A stretch of 64,000 nt of DNA, from contig OZ249437.1 in assembly GCA_965235115.1 (NCBI GenBank), forward strand, positions 46,872,001-46,936,000. Direction: 5' to 3'. The notes under the pieces are model-generated. The model ran no database searches, was not told where the DNA came from, and saw only the letters and a list, made by a program, of their open reading frames with translations. The stretch is from Laetmonice hystrix (lineage: Eukaryota). Below, in pieces: positions 1 to 11,600 of this stretch. The position numbers and the translations under genes were made by a program. Positions within the stretch are counted from its first letter, which is position 1, and every line of letters begins with the position of its first letter.

Positions 1-167
1 TTACCACACAGTAGAGTGGTACCCTTGCTGTGTGGTGGAGAATTGATAGCCGACCCACGACACGCTTCCGTTAGTGTTACTGGCCTAGAGAGAACTGCCT
101 ACCACAACCATTGTACCGTTACAGATTACAATCAGATTTGGCTGACATAAACATGATGTGTGCTTAC

Positions 168-260
168 CTTGTACTGCTGTATTCACTCCTGTTATTGCCC
201 ATGTGTCGGTGCTACTGAAGCTACTCGTGTCACCGCTTGCAGATAAAGATCCTATGTGAC
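168..260 (-). CDS. Candidate internal exon (93 nt, phase 1-1), (G)HIGSLSASGDTSSFSSTDTWAITGVNTAVQ(G); product unknown
   Basis: Minus-strand acceptor tgttttgttttttTACAG, donor CAAG|GTAAGC, open frame between them. No family recognised. Confidence 0.4.
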
Positions 261-2657
261 CTGTAAAAAAACAAAACAGTTGTCCATATATATGGGGAGA
301 CAAGAATCAACTCAAGATGTCTAACCAGGGGTGTGCAATACCGATAACATTCCCGATTAACCGTCTTTTTCACTCTGTCGTTCGCCTTCTCAGTACACAT
401 GCAAGTCCTGGAGAACATTCACCCGTTATATCGACATACCCCGCCGCCTTATCGAGCCCGTATATTTCAAACGCTGTCAAATGGAGCTATTTAAATTTAC
501 GATTCGACTGCTCCTTTTCTTTTCACGTTGAGGTCAAACGTTTTCTCAGACCGTGAGTTTTATTTTGACAAGTTATCTCGGAACTTGTATCATATACCGA
601 TAAATGAGTCTTTTTCAAGTTATCCTTAATGTTAAGAGATTTTTTTACATCCTAATTTATGTTTATTACAAACACTATATTTGAAGAACGTCTTTGGCGT
701 AATGACGCCCCTCCACCATTCTATAATATAGTCGGTGGTGGGCGACTTCTTGACCCGAAGACTAGCTGTCACTTTAAAAAAAACTGGTAACTGGTATGCA
801 CCGCGTGAAATAAACCAAGGTAATACAACAAATGTCAGAACATATATCCCAGTTTGATTGGTGGGAAGACCTGGTCCATTTCCGGCGCTTAAGGCGTGTA
901 TGGGTGCGTGTAGGGGCCGGGTCCCACTGGTGGTATACAGGCAGGACTCAGGGCGGCAGTCATGACTGACTCCCACAAGACATATTGCTTCCTCCCCCAC
1001 CCCATCACACCGCAGGGCCATGACAAAGGTTACCCCCAACCCCCTGCTGGCCTCGCACTGCACCTGTACGGCCGCTCTACATCTTTCCTCCCCTCTAGCT
1101 ACCAAACCACATCATCTAAATCGTGCCCCGCGGCAACCAACCACTTTTTATGGCACAAACGCCGTATTTGATTGAATTTCCAATCAAGCTGAAGGAAGTG
1201 ACAATAAATGACACAATGCTCGTAGGTTGCAGGTATGTTCTGGTGATTTGATGGCTCTACCTCCGTATTGAAATCAACTCTACATACACCACTTTCAGTC
1301 AATGGTATTTAGGGGCAAGTGTCAAAGCAATAACCTGCTTTATGTTCGGTTGACAAATGTTGTCGGTTGCGTCTGAGGGACACAACAGCAACTTAATGGT
1401 TTATAATGTTTTTTTAACGTTCAAAATGTGCGGGAAACAGAATCGATTTTATCATCTCCCAAAACAGAAAACTGGCGGGCAAGAACAATACAATTCACGG
1501 GACAGACATAGCGCCCTCTATGATAGTGATCACGTAACTGGTAGGAAATCTTATAGATATACAAAATGAGCCTACTTTGTTATATAGTTATTATATCAAG
1601 TATTAACATGGGCAAGACTTGAAGTTAGGCGAAAATACACAGCTTTACTAAATAACGATATCCCATCCGATCCACAACCTACGAGAACAATCTCAGGTGA
1701 CACCTGAGCAGAAATCATGAAAACATTATAATTGTAGGGTTTGTGAGAAGTCATAACTGATTACATCATACCTGGGGCCACCAAAACCTTGATACCTCTG
1801 TGAACTCCAGCTATATTTTTTTAGAAACTAGTCGGCTCCATAGAAACTAGTCGGTGTCGACATGTAGTAAATACTTTGCAGTGCTTTTGACCCGAGTTTT
1901 TTTTACTGAAATATTTGACTGTAATGGACTGTCACCAAACCTCGGCCTGATGAAGCTTGTACCTTTGAGTACATCGACCCTTGGTAACCTGATTACAACG
2001 ATGTTACTCTGTCACCGTCTGGGCCGTTGGAATCATGGGTTGTTAGGGACACATGAACCATTACGTTATATCTCGATGGTAAATCAGCATACAGTTGACG
2101 TCCGACCACTGGTCAGCTGGTCAGTCTAGCACAACAAATATGTCCTTTTCTTTCTGTAACTGTTGTACATTTATATCTACCCTTGTCATTAATTAGGCAG
2201 TCAGCCAGGCAGTGTTCGAGTATTAGTTGTTCAATCTGCTCTCGGTTGAGGTCCGTACGCCTTGTTACGTACGTCACTCCTTGTTGCTCCTTTATAAACT
2301 GACTCGAGGTTGATATGAGGACAACGGTTGCTCATGCACCATTGTTAGTTAATGTCATCAGTTTCATTCTGTGGGAGTTACCACAGGGACAGACCAGGGT
2401 GTCATTAACAGTTACCCGACATTGCGTGCTGGTAATGAAGCCTGGTGACAGGTGCTGCAAGGGGCACGCTGCCAGCACACAATATGGTAGAGATTAAAGA
2501 AAGCAGTGGCAATGAGTCGCTCCGATTGTTAGTGGACAATACCTAATGACGGTCGGAACTGGCAGACCGGGCACTTGTCATCAGCTGTGACGGCGAGTCA
2601 GGGCGGGAACGTGGGTGGAGGGGGTTGGCGGACAATGGGTAGGTCAAGCCGAATGGA

Positions 2658-2879
2658 TCAATAGGTGCTGGTCGATAGGTTGAAAGGAACCCACAGCACT
2701 GGGCTCCTACTCTCTGAGGTGGATGGTCTGAAGTAGGTGGGTGTGCCCGTGGGGGTTGGGGTGGGGGTTGGGGTGGGGGTTGGGGTGGTGTAGGGAGGAG
2801 GGGGTGCGACTGCGGCCAAGGCCACAATGAGCAACAATGAAACAAATACAGTTCGACCGGATTTTGTCGGCACGGCCAT
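2658..2879 (-). CDS. 73-aa ORF with signal-peptide-like N-terminus and Pro/Thr-rich tract; small secreted peptide or a broken first exon
   Basis: ccacATGG start context; MAVPTKSGR-TVFVSLLLIVALAAVA-PPPPYTTPTPTPTPTPTPTG (basic N-region, hydrophobic core, small residues at the cleavage region). Ends at TGA 2660-2658. Confidence 0.35.
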   Translation of the reverse strand: MAVPTKSGRTVFVSLLLIVALAAVAPPPPYTTPTPTPTPTPTPTGTPTYFRPSTSESRSPVLWVPFNLSTSTY

Positions 2880-5001
2880 GTGGCAAGATAATAAGACTTC
2901 TTTTACACTCGAGTGTAGCGCCTGGCTGGCCAGGAACTGGTAATGAAACAAATGAATAGATCATGGAGCGTTGATAAATGGAGCTCAATGAGCCTCAGTC
3001 CACCGCCATCCACGTGACCATGACGACAGGGTATGGTTGGCAGTCACAGGTCCCAACAACGATATACAAACATCTTGGTACCTTCCCCGAAATCTTACAA
3101 TACTACCGTTCAATATGCACTAGGCAGTCCGACTGCTAAACGACTGGGTTTCGACAATAAAAGTTGCCTCGTGTCTAGCGTCCTGAAGTCCGTCTCTGAG
3201 GTACGGCCTTCACACAGGTAGTCGACAACATGCGATCAATGTGCAGGTGTCCTGACACAGGTGTGGCCAGCCGGCCGCCCTGTGTGCCCTGTGGCTGTCT
3301 ACTGCCGACCACACCCCAGGGTTCTCTCAACCCTACCCCACACACCGTGCCACCTCTCTCGGCGGTAGGTCGCCTTGGCTGGGCTAGCTCCGTACACAAC
3401 ACAGGTATGGGACACGCCCTGAACACCGACTATAACCAACCTCTCACAACACATCTGTCGGGTCTTGGTGCCTTGACGGTGTTCTTCATTTGGTGAATGA
3501 AATATCATTCCTGACCTGTCCATGAGGGGTCCGGTATGGGACAACCTCAGTGACCTCGGTGGAGAGACAGCCTCCTGTCTTTATCCTCCACCAAGTAGGC
3601 CTACTGGTGTTTTTATTACCTACATCCACATTCCCACCACCACTTCACATATGCCCCCTCATTAAGCACAGCGAATTGTTTGATTAATCACCTGTAATTA
3701 GACAGTCCTACGTCAGTTTCACCTGTTCAAGTAGTTACAGTCAACATTACAAACCTGGACTGACAGTGGAAATAACCGCACGTATTGGCCAGGAAATAGG
3801 GCAGTCTTGATGAGGGCTCGAGTAATCACTGAAAACCGACACACTTATTGTGAGAATAGACCGGGTAATTAAAGACCCGTCAGACTACTGTGTCTATCAG
3901 TAAATAAAACAAAATGAACACTGATATAGAAATCACTGACATTACCTATGTCTACTCTGGATTGTTCAAACTGAGTAAACGATCTTCAATCCTTATGTTA
4001 GGTAGGATGTTAGGATATTCATACACGCTGTTTTAAATCACTTTACCATTATCCATCTGTGCCCTTCAATACTACTTTCGTTCTCTAAGAACCCCATCGT
4101 GAAGTAAATGTTTCAAGTAGTGTCTCTACATCTCTCACAAAGCAGTCAGCAAGTATAGAACCTGTAATCTGGCAGGGCCACGATATAAACTTAAATACAG
4201 CTCTCTTAGTTATTTGAAGAAGGACGATTTTTTTACAGGTTGTATCTGCTTATCGAAGCCCCAAGTCGATTGTGCTGTGAATTGGTATGAAGTACCTTGT
4301 CCTGTCTGTGAATGACAGACCTAGCCAGGCTGTGACTGATCCTCATATCAACAACACCTTTTTGTTGTACCTGAAGAGTTACTCATTTACCTGCAACAAA
4401 GCCACCCTCCAATCCCCCGTGCCTTTGTTCTGGCTTTCCTACAGCTATTCCTACACCAAACATTCCCCCCAGTGCTTTGTACCTGTCTTTTTGCCCTCAT
4501 TTGTACTGCCACAAGTCACTCGCGTTCAAAATCAAAGAGCGCGGCGATGTATTTTTTTTTCGGTTAATGTCGAACAGGCAGCATGTCGTGTCGCATGCTC
4601 TGGGACGCGGCAGGCAGACAGCATCACCCCCCAAACAACTGATTAATGCTTTGCGGACATGACTTTTTCCTGTTTGACAACATCGTGTTCAGGTGATGGC
4701 ATGCAATCAGCTCTGTGTACCTGAAATGATCAGACACTCCGGCCAAACAGGGTCTGATCCCAACATCCATAAAAGGCCCTCACCAAACAGGTGAACCGAG
4801 TGCTCGACGGTCGGTCCCTCTGGGCTCCGTGCTGGTACCTTGTCAGAAAACAGCTTTCAACCACGCTAGAACCTCTCTATGACTCACTATAGACCACTGT
4901 AAGACACAGCCATTAAAACAACAGGCAGGCAGGTAGTCTTTATCAACTGAGATCTAAACTCAGGGCCCGGTTCTTAAAATCTTAAGATCTTACTTAAGTT
5001 T

Positions 5002-5061
5002 AGGCTTAACGCTTCTGATTGGCTGGTCTGCTTAGACCAACCAATCAGAAGCGTCAAGCCT
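5002..5061. repeat. 28-bp inverted repeat with 4-nt loop, probably inside a palindromic non-autonomous DNA transposon relic
   Basis: aggcttaacgcttctgattggctggtct (5002-5029) vs reverse complement of 5034-5061 (aggcttgacgcttctgattggttggtct): 26/28 match. Preceded by CTTAAG-rich sequence at 4970-5000. Confidence 0.8.
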
Positions 5062-6337
5062 ATAATGCCACGACCTCTTTCTTCTGTTTGTATACACACG
5101 TTGCTTTGTGCTGTTAGCGCTATCGGTCGATCTCACCCTCGCTAGATATCTTTTGTGACAAGTAGTGACAAAACTTAATAAGCAAACATTAACCACAATA
5201 ATATTGTGTAGGGTATGCAATTTTACCTATATATGTCAGCCTATACTGACACTATAGTCTGAGTAAAATGAACTTGCTGACACCTGAGCAGGTACGTGTA
5301 CCATGGACTTGCTTACCGCCAGATTGAGGGCATAGATCATGTTATTAGGTTGGCATCAGCCTCTACAAACATACAGTTTAAACTTTCTTTGTAAACGTCT
5401 GGGTGGAGGTGTTCGGAGACGTCGGCCTCGTGTTATAAGTGGCGGGTGCTCCACCCACACACCTATAGCCAGTCTCCGGTACCGTCGTCACTCACCTAGA
5501 GATAGCTCTAAAGATGCCTTATTCAAAATTCTGACTGTTTGAATTAAAAACACTATGCAATTCCCTGAATGGAAGATGAATCAAACCTGCACTGCACAAA
5601 AATAATCTCATATACCGAACCCCCTTGTACAGCGGGCCAATAGAAGCAGGCCGATGGGCCAGAACGACCGATGGCGCGTATTTTGTCAATTTGACCTGAT
5701 ACAAAGTACTATTTCTATAGACTACTTACAACAGCAGTTCTCGTCCTACGTCACTACGATATATGGATCCTACGTTTTTACGTTCTTTTCTGTTGACGCC
5801 AAGAAAATCATATTTCATATGAGGTTTTAACTGATTCTTTACCTATCAAAATACCTCGGTTTATTGAAACTTTTTGAATTGATGAATTCTAGCCTGAAAT
5901 TAAGAATCCTTGGAAGTATGAAATCCCTTGTCAGGTGTAGCTTGTTCGGTTTCTCATCAGGTAGTGAAAATCATCTCATGCCGTTCGATAATCATATGAA
6001 CGTGTCTCGAGCCTTAAATTACACGTTTTTCTACAATGATCTTGTAGTTTCCTTACACAGAATCGAAACCTGAGTCGGTTACATAAATACAAATCTGCAC
6101 TTCACGTGGAAATTATTCTACGTCTACACCACTACATGGCGATGTGGTATCTCGAGTCAATCTCAACGCTCCTGTATCAAATGAAAATTTAAATACAACT
6201 GTATTGCGAAATCAGGATCTGAATAGTAACATCTAATTTACATACATGTGCATAAATTGTTAAAATATGTTGCCTGTGGTCGATCATTTTTTCCTTAACT
6301 TCCCCCAACGTTCAACCAGTTGATAACGAGGCATGAG

Positions 6338-6687
6338 GACTTCTGATACAGGCTGTGTGGTTACTTGTGGGTTACACGTCATGATCAGTGCCAAGTGTTA
6401 GCCACTTTACGACCTGCCATCACACATAGGTATGTCTCTATCCCTGACGTGACCGACTGGGGTGTAAGGGTGACAACACATCCATAGCCTGCCTACCCCC
6501 GACTTCTGATACAGGCCGTGTGGTTACTTGTGGGTTACACGTCATGATCAGTACCAAGTGTTGGCCACTTTACGACCTGCCATCATTCACACACAGGTAT
6601 GTCTCTAACCCTGACGTGAACGACTGGGGTGTAAGGAAAGTCAGGGTTTAATGTGGTGACGAACAAATCCCTAGCCTGCCTACCCCC
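6338..6687. repeat. Local tandem duplication (about 163 bp + 187 bp)
   Basis: Both copies start gacttctgatacagg and end gcctgcctaccccc; they differ by a few substitutions, a 4-bp indel and extra sequence in copy 2. Confidence 0.9.
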
Positions 6688-7528
6688 TCGCCGGCACACC
6701 CCACCCTCCCCGCCACCCAGCATTCATACATAGTGACGACAGTCGCCTTGCCAAATGAACAGTTGATGATTAGGTCAATCACATTAGTCAAATGAAAACA
6801 CACAATAAAACAGCATGATACATGTTAAGGACGGCCTGCCTACACAATGCAGTGTCAGGCAATGCTTCGATAATAAGTTTGGACAATCAATTTGGGTGCA
6901 CATCAATTGGTAGTGACTTGCCTTTATTGTCTCTTTCTGCCTCAGTGGGAGGAGTTTTTTTCACCCACAGATTCTGAGTGTTGCTGCTTAGTCACCATTA
7001 TGTGGTGTGTCAGTCTGCCTGCAGTCTGACTGATTGGTTCTGAAATGGCCATCGTTCGTGCTGATACACAGGCCTGCCATGTCTTTGATGGAGGACCAGG
7101 TCCCCGATATATACGTTGCCGCACCATGACGGGCTACAGTTAGGCTAATTGCTCTTGATATATTTGACTTTTTTGAGAAAGGACTAATTATGATAAATGA
7201 TTTGAATGGAAGTAGATTATCATTGTGATGAACCGCTCTAACTCAACAAACTAACTCAAGAATATCATTCACGACAAAAAGGAAATAAATTAATGGGAAA
7301 TGTCTTGTCGACTAACTGGTCCTTTTCTTATTGATAAGACCAACACTGAGGCCTTACCTACGAGCTATGCCTCTTGTGACAAATGAAGTTAATGTATAAA
7401 ATTGTAAATGCCATTCTAGAGTAGATTTTTACCAAATTTGCTTTAAATATTTAAACCATATCTAGCCTTGATTCTTTACACAGTCAGTGTTCCCTTGGTT
7501 GACTGGAGAAATTCCGCTACCTTCAGGG

Positions 7529-7530
<2 letters not shown>

Positions 7531-7602
<72 letters not shown>
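7531..7602. repeat. (CTG)24 trinucleotide microsatellite
   Basis: Uninterrupted ctg x24. Confidence 0.98.
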
Positions 7603-7740
7603 AGGCGGCAGGGACGAGACCCTTGCCCTATCCAATCAGTCACCTTAAGAGAGCATACTGACAATACCATCCACTGGCGTGTTTGCTTCTGTACACAGCA
7701 GTGCTGGTTGCCCATTCCGCACGGCTTCAAGGAGAGAGAC

Positions 7741-8629
7741 TCACTAAACACGCCGTCACAACACTGAGACTGGCTGATGTCGGCCGCCAAGGATGGAAAC
7801 TCACTAAACACACCGTCCCAACACTGAGACTGGCTGATGTAGGCCGCCAAGGATGGAAACTCACTAAACACACCGTCCCAACACTGAGATTGGCTGATGT
7901 AGGCCGCCAAGGATGGAAACTCACTAAACACACCGTCCCAACACTGAGATTGGCTGATGTAGGCCGCCAAGGATGGAAACTCACTAAACACACCGTCCCA
8001 ACACTGAGATTGGCTGATGTAGGCCGCCAAGGATGGAAACTCACTAAACACACCGTCACAACACTGGGAATGGCTGATGTAGGCCGCCAAGGATGGAAAC
8101 TCACTAAACACACCGTCCCAACACTGAGACTGGCTGATGTAGGCCGCCAAGGATAGAAACTCACTAAACACGCTGTCACAACACTGAGACTGGCTGATGT
8201 AGGCCGCCAAGGATGGAAACTCACTAAACACGCCGCCACAACACTGAGATTGGCTGATGTAGGCCGCCAAGGATGGAAACTCACTAAACACACCGTCCCA
8301 ACACTGAGACTGGCTGATGTAGGCCGCCAAGGATGGAAACTCACTAAACACGCCGCCACAACACTGAGATTGGCTGATGTAGGCCGCCAAGGATGGAAAC
8401 TCACTAAACACACCGTCCCAACACTGAGATTGGCTGATGTAGGCCGCCAAGGATGGAAACTCATTAAACACACCGTCCCAACACTGAGATTGGCTGATGT
8501 AGGCCGCCAAGGATGGAAACTCACTAAACACACCGTCCCAACACTGAGACTGGCTGATGTAGGCCGCCAAGGATGGAAACTCACTAAACACGCTGTCACA
8601 ACACTGAGACTGGCTGATGTAGGCCGCCA
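7741..8629. repeat. 60-bp minisatellite, about 15 copies
   Basis: Unit tcactaaacacaccgtcccaacactgagaYtggctgatgtaggccgccaaggatggaaac, in exact 60-column register, substitutions only. Confidence 0.97.
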
Positions 8630-8673
8630 ATGATGACATAATAGTGTCTCGAAATGACGGATTGGCATGCTTG
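8585..8673 (-). CDS. Candidate exon (89 nt, phase 2-1), KHANPSFRDTIMSSLAAYISQSQCCDSVF; its 3' part is the seed of the 60-bp array
   Basis: Acceptor ctctactttacggtctCAG, donor TTTA|GTGAGT, open frame. No family recognised. Confidence 0.35.
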
Positions 8674-11600
8674 CTGAGACCGTAAAGTAGAGCTTTTACA
8701 GGTCTGTTAGGCTGGCACAACATTCCAGTATTCACATATCACCATTAACTGAACATTAGACAAAGTTCTTTCTCAATCAAGACACAACCTTTCAGCGACC
8801 ATTACAAAGTTAATGGTACCCTGGCTCCCCCACAATTACTTGACTATACGCCACTGTTCTGTAGACGCTGCATGTACGGTTTCTGTCTAGTCTCTACCAT
8901 TAAGAGCATGACAAAACACTGTCATTCTCCTCTTCCGAGAGCTGAATTATCACTGCCAAGTAATACTGTGTGGACCTCGAACAAGTCCCAAAATAGCTAA
9001 GGAAAATAGCATGTGGAAGTCGATGGAATCTTGTTCCTACCAAATCAGAGACCATGTAAGAATCCGAGAGCCTATCTCTACAGCTACAATGACTGACTCG
9101 GCAGCAATGCTTCTCCCCCCCCCCCTGTAATGAGAATAATGAGGCTGGAATTGTATTTACAAACATGTCCTGCTTGATTTCCACATGCTGAAATTGAGCA
9201 AACACTGAGCTGGTACTGGTGGCCCTCCAATTGAGGTTCAATACGGCCTTCGAGCCCGTGCCACTGGGCCGGCCACTGGGCTCGCACAGTCTCCCCCAAT
9301 CCTATTTCCTTCGTCTGTTTGCCTGGCTGATCCAGCTCATTTTTGCCCGGCTGCGTCCATGTATTTTTCATCGCCAGCGTACGTACGGAGGTTTTTGCGC
9401 CGCCACTACCGCCATCTCCTCCTGACAAGGCCGCCCGCCTACCTATTAGTCTCCGTGCCTCACGACATCCTGTGCTGATCGCAGGCTCAGCAGACACTTT
9501 TTGTCATCATCTGCTCTTCTTGACTCCCCGGGGTCTTAGCTTGGGATACCATGTAGTTCCTGTGGATGTCACCCCAACCCCCACGCTTCAAAAATACAAG
9601 GACCGCGGAGGAGTGAATAAAGACGGGGGGGGGGGGGTCTAACCAGAGAAACATGTAATACAGCTGTTGAGGCTGACCTACTGCATGCAATAGGTAGATC
9701 GCCGAATGGCCTGAAGACCGTCTTTAGATGGCAGGGTGTCTTTCCCCAAGGCTATATCAGTGTGAGCGGTGATCCAAGTCTCGGCAGGTGGTGGCTCTTG
9801 CATCATTCATGTACGTCCTGCCACTACACGCCAGATGGTAACTTTGGGGCGTACCCTCCACTGGATCCTCGCCCCTTTCAACCCAGTGTCTGGTGTGACT
9901 GCTGCCAACCAACATCTCAACTAACTTGTGTTTGCAAATAAAACTATTACCCTGTCCTCCGATCTCAACAGCATTGTAAACCATGCATTATGCAGGGAGC
10001 GATGCTAGAATGGGATGTGACTTCACCCAATGAGAGCCCTTGAGGACTTGCTTCATTTTGTTATCGATCCGGAACTGTTGGCGGTGTTGAAGCGCTGGTT
10101 GTACACAGGTATCGTGTGTTCCTTGATGTAGAAGCCCATCATTACCACGGGTCAGAGAGCCCCCAGCCCGCCCTTGTTTAGTGACTATCTCACTGATTCC
10201 AAGCCGGCTTTCAGCTTTACAAACAACACAAACTTACTGACAGAGAGTCTGACTGGATTGTGAACGAATCTTTATCATACAAAATGCCAGCCGTGCGTAC
10301 TACAGCGTGTACAGTTTCAACTCTTCTTTTAATACAAATTATTATTCTCATTTAGGAAATGTATCACATTACTCAGGCGTTTACCTGAAAAACACTCGCA
10401 TGTATGCAGCCTCACATATATATCACTGATCTACAACTACAATGAGAGGTATAGGAAACGCGAACAATTGTCAACACTAACATTCACTGTAAAAGGGGAA
10501 AATGTTCAATTCCAAGCCGGGAATTCAAAAGAAGAACCGTACTGAAAGACCTAAACGACCATTGCAGGATGTATAACTGGACTGAAGGACGCAGATTAAA
10601 ATAGGTACAAATGTACATGTACATAGCATTACTTATAAATTAAAGGTCTGACACCAGCCGACGTCCATATCTCCACTGAGGCACCACACCCCAAACAAGG
10701 AGTCACTACTGGTGACTGCAGTTTTCACAACATTAAAAGTAGGTCAACATTTACATTGAGTAATTTACCACTTAACTTCATTTTTTAGGATTGGGCCTTA
10801 TTCTGTCAATGAAGCTAGCTCCATATGGAAGCCAGGATAAACATCAGTAACATACACATTCCAATACCCATCAAAACTCCATGTTAACCACAACTCCTTC
10901 TACCACGTGTGCATGAAACTTCGTCTTTAACCTTAGGAATCCCACGTGGCAGGAGTTAAGACTGCTGGTAAGGGACCAATGTACCTAAAGCCATCTAGTA
11001 TTAGCATCTGGACCGCTGTCTTCATAATTCTCCAGAATTACCGCATGGAAGAGAACAGAGAATGGACAACAAAAACCAACCTTGCATATTCTGGGACAAA
11101 GGGAATGGTCTCTCTGCCTTCCTCTAATCCTCTCCCATTTTGAATGGCTGTTGGTCTCACATTACCCTGCATTAATAAAAGGCACTGCTCGATAACTCCA
11201 AACGGTTTTCATGGTCCATGCCCAAAAGGCCTTGCTGAAATTCGTCCTCCTGCTACGTGCGTATCTAGCCGGGATGCTGACACGGCCGGGTAATTAGGGA
11301 CTGGAGGTGCCGAGCTGTGGCGCCTGTGTCTGCTGTGGTTCCCCCTGAGACATCACACAGAGAAAGCTTTCCCCAGTCTCTGCTCTTCCTTCTGCTGTAG
11401 TCACAGTACTGTCAATAATGATCGTCCGTGCAACACGGCTTCCTGTTTGTAACATCTCCGGCTGCGGCCTAATTGCTACACATACACCTTCAGCATTAGT
11501 TTGGACACGACTGTGATGAAGTAGCTGGCCCCTATAGACTGGGCTTAGCGACGGTGGGAGTCACATCGGGTCTAGGACTGGCTCCTGCGCTAAGTGACAT

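Noticed and set aside
700-760. FN3-like KSPTTDYIIEW
   Set aside because: Isolated motif with no splice signals or other FN3 features.
7476-8735. 419-aa ORF as a single-exon gene
   Set aside because: Its length comes from a 60-bp unit and a CAG tract, which keep several frames on both strands open by default.
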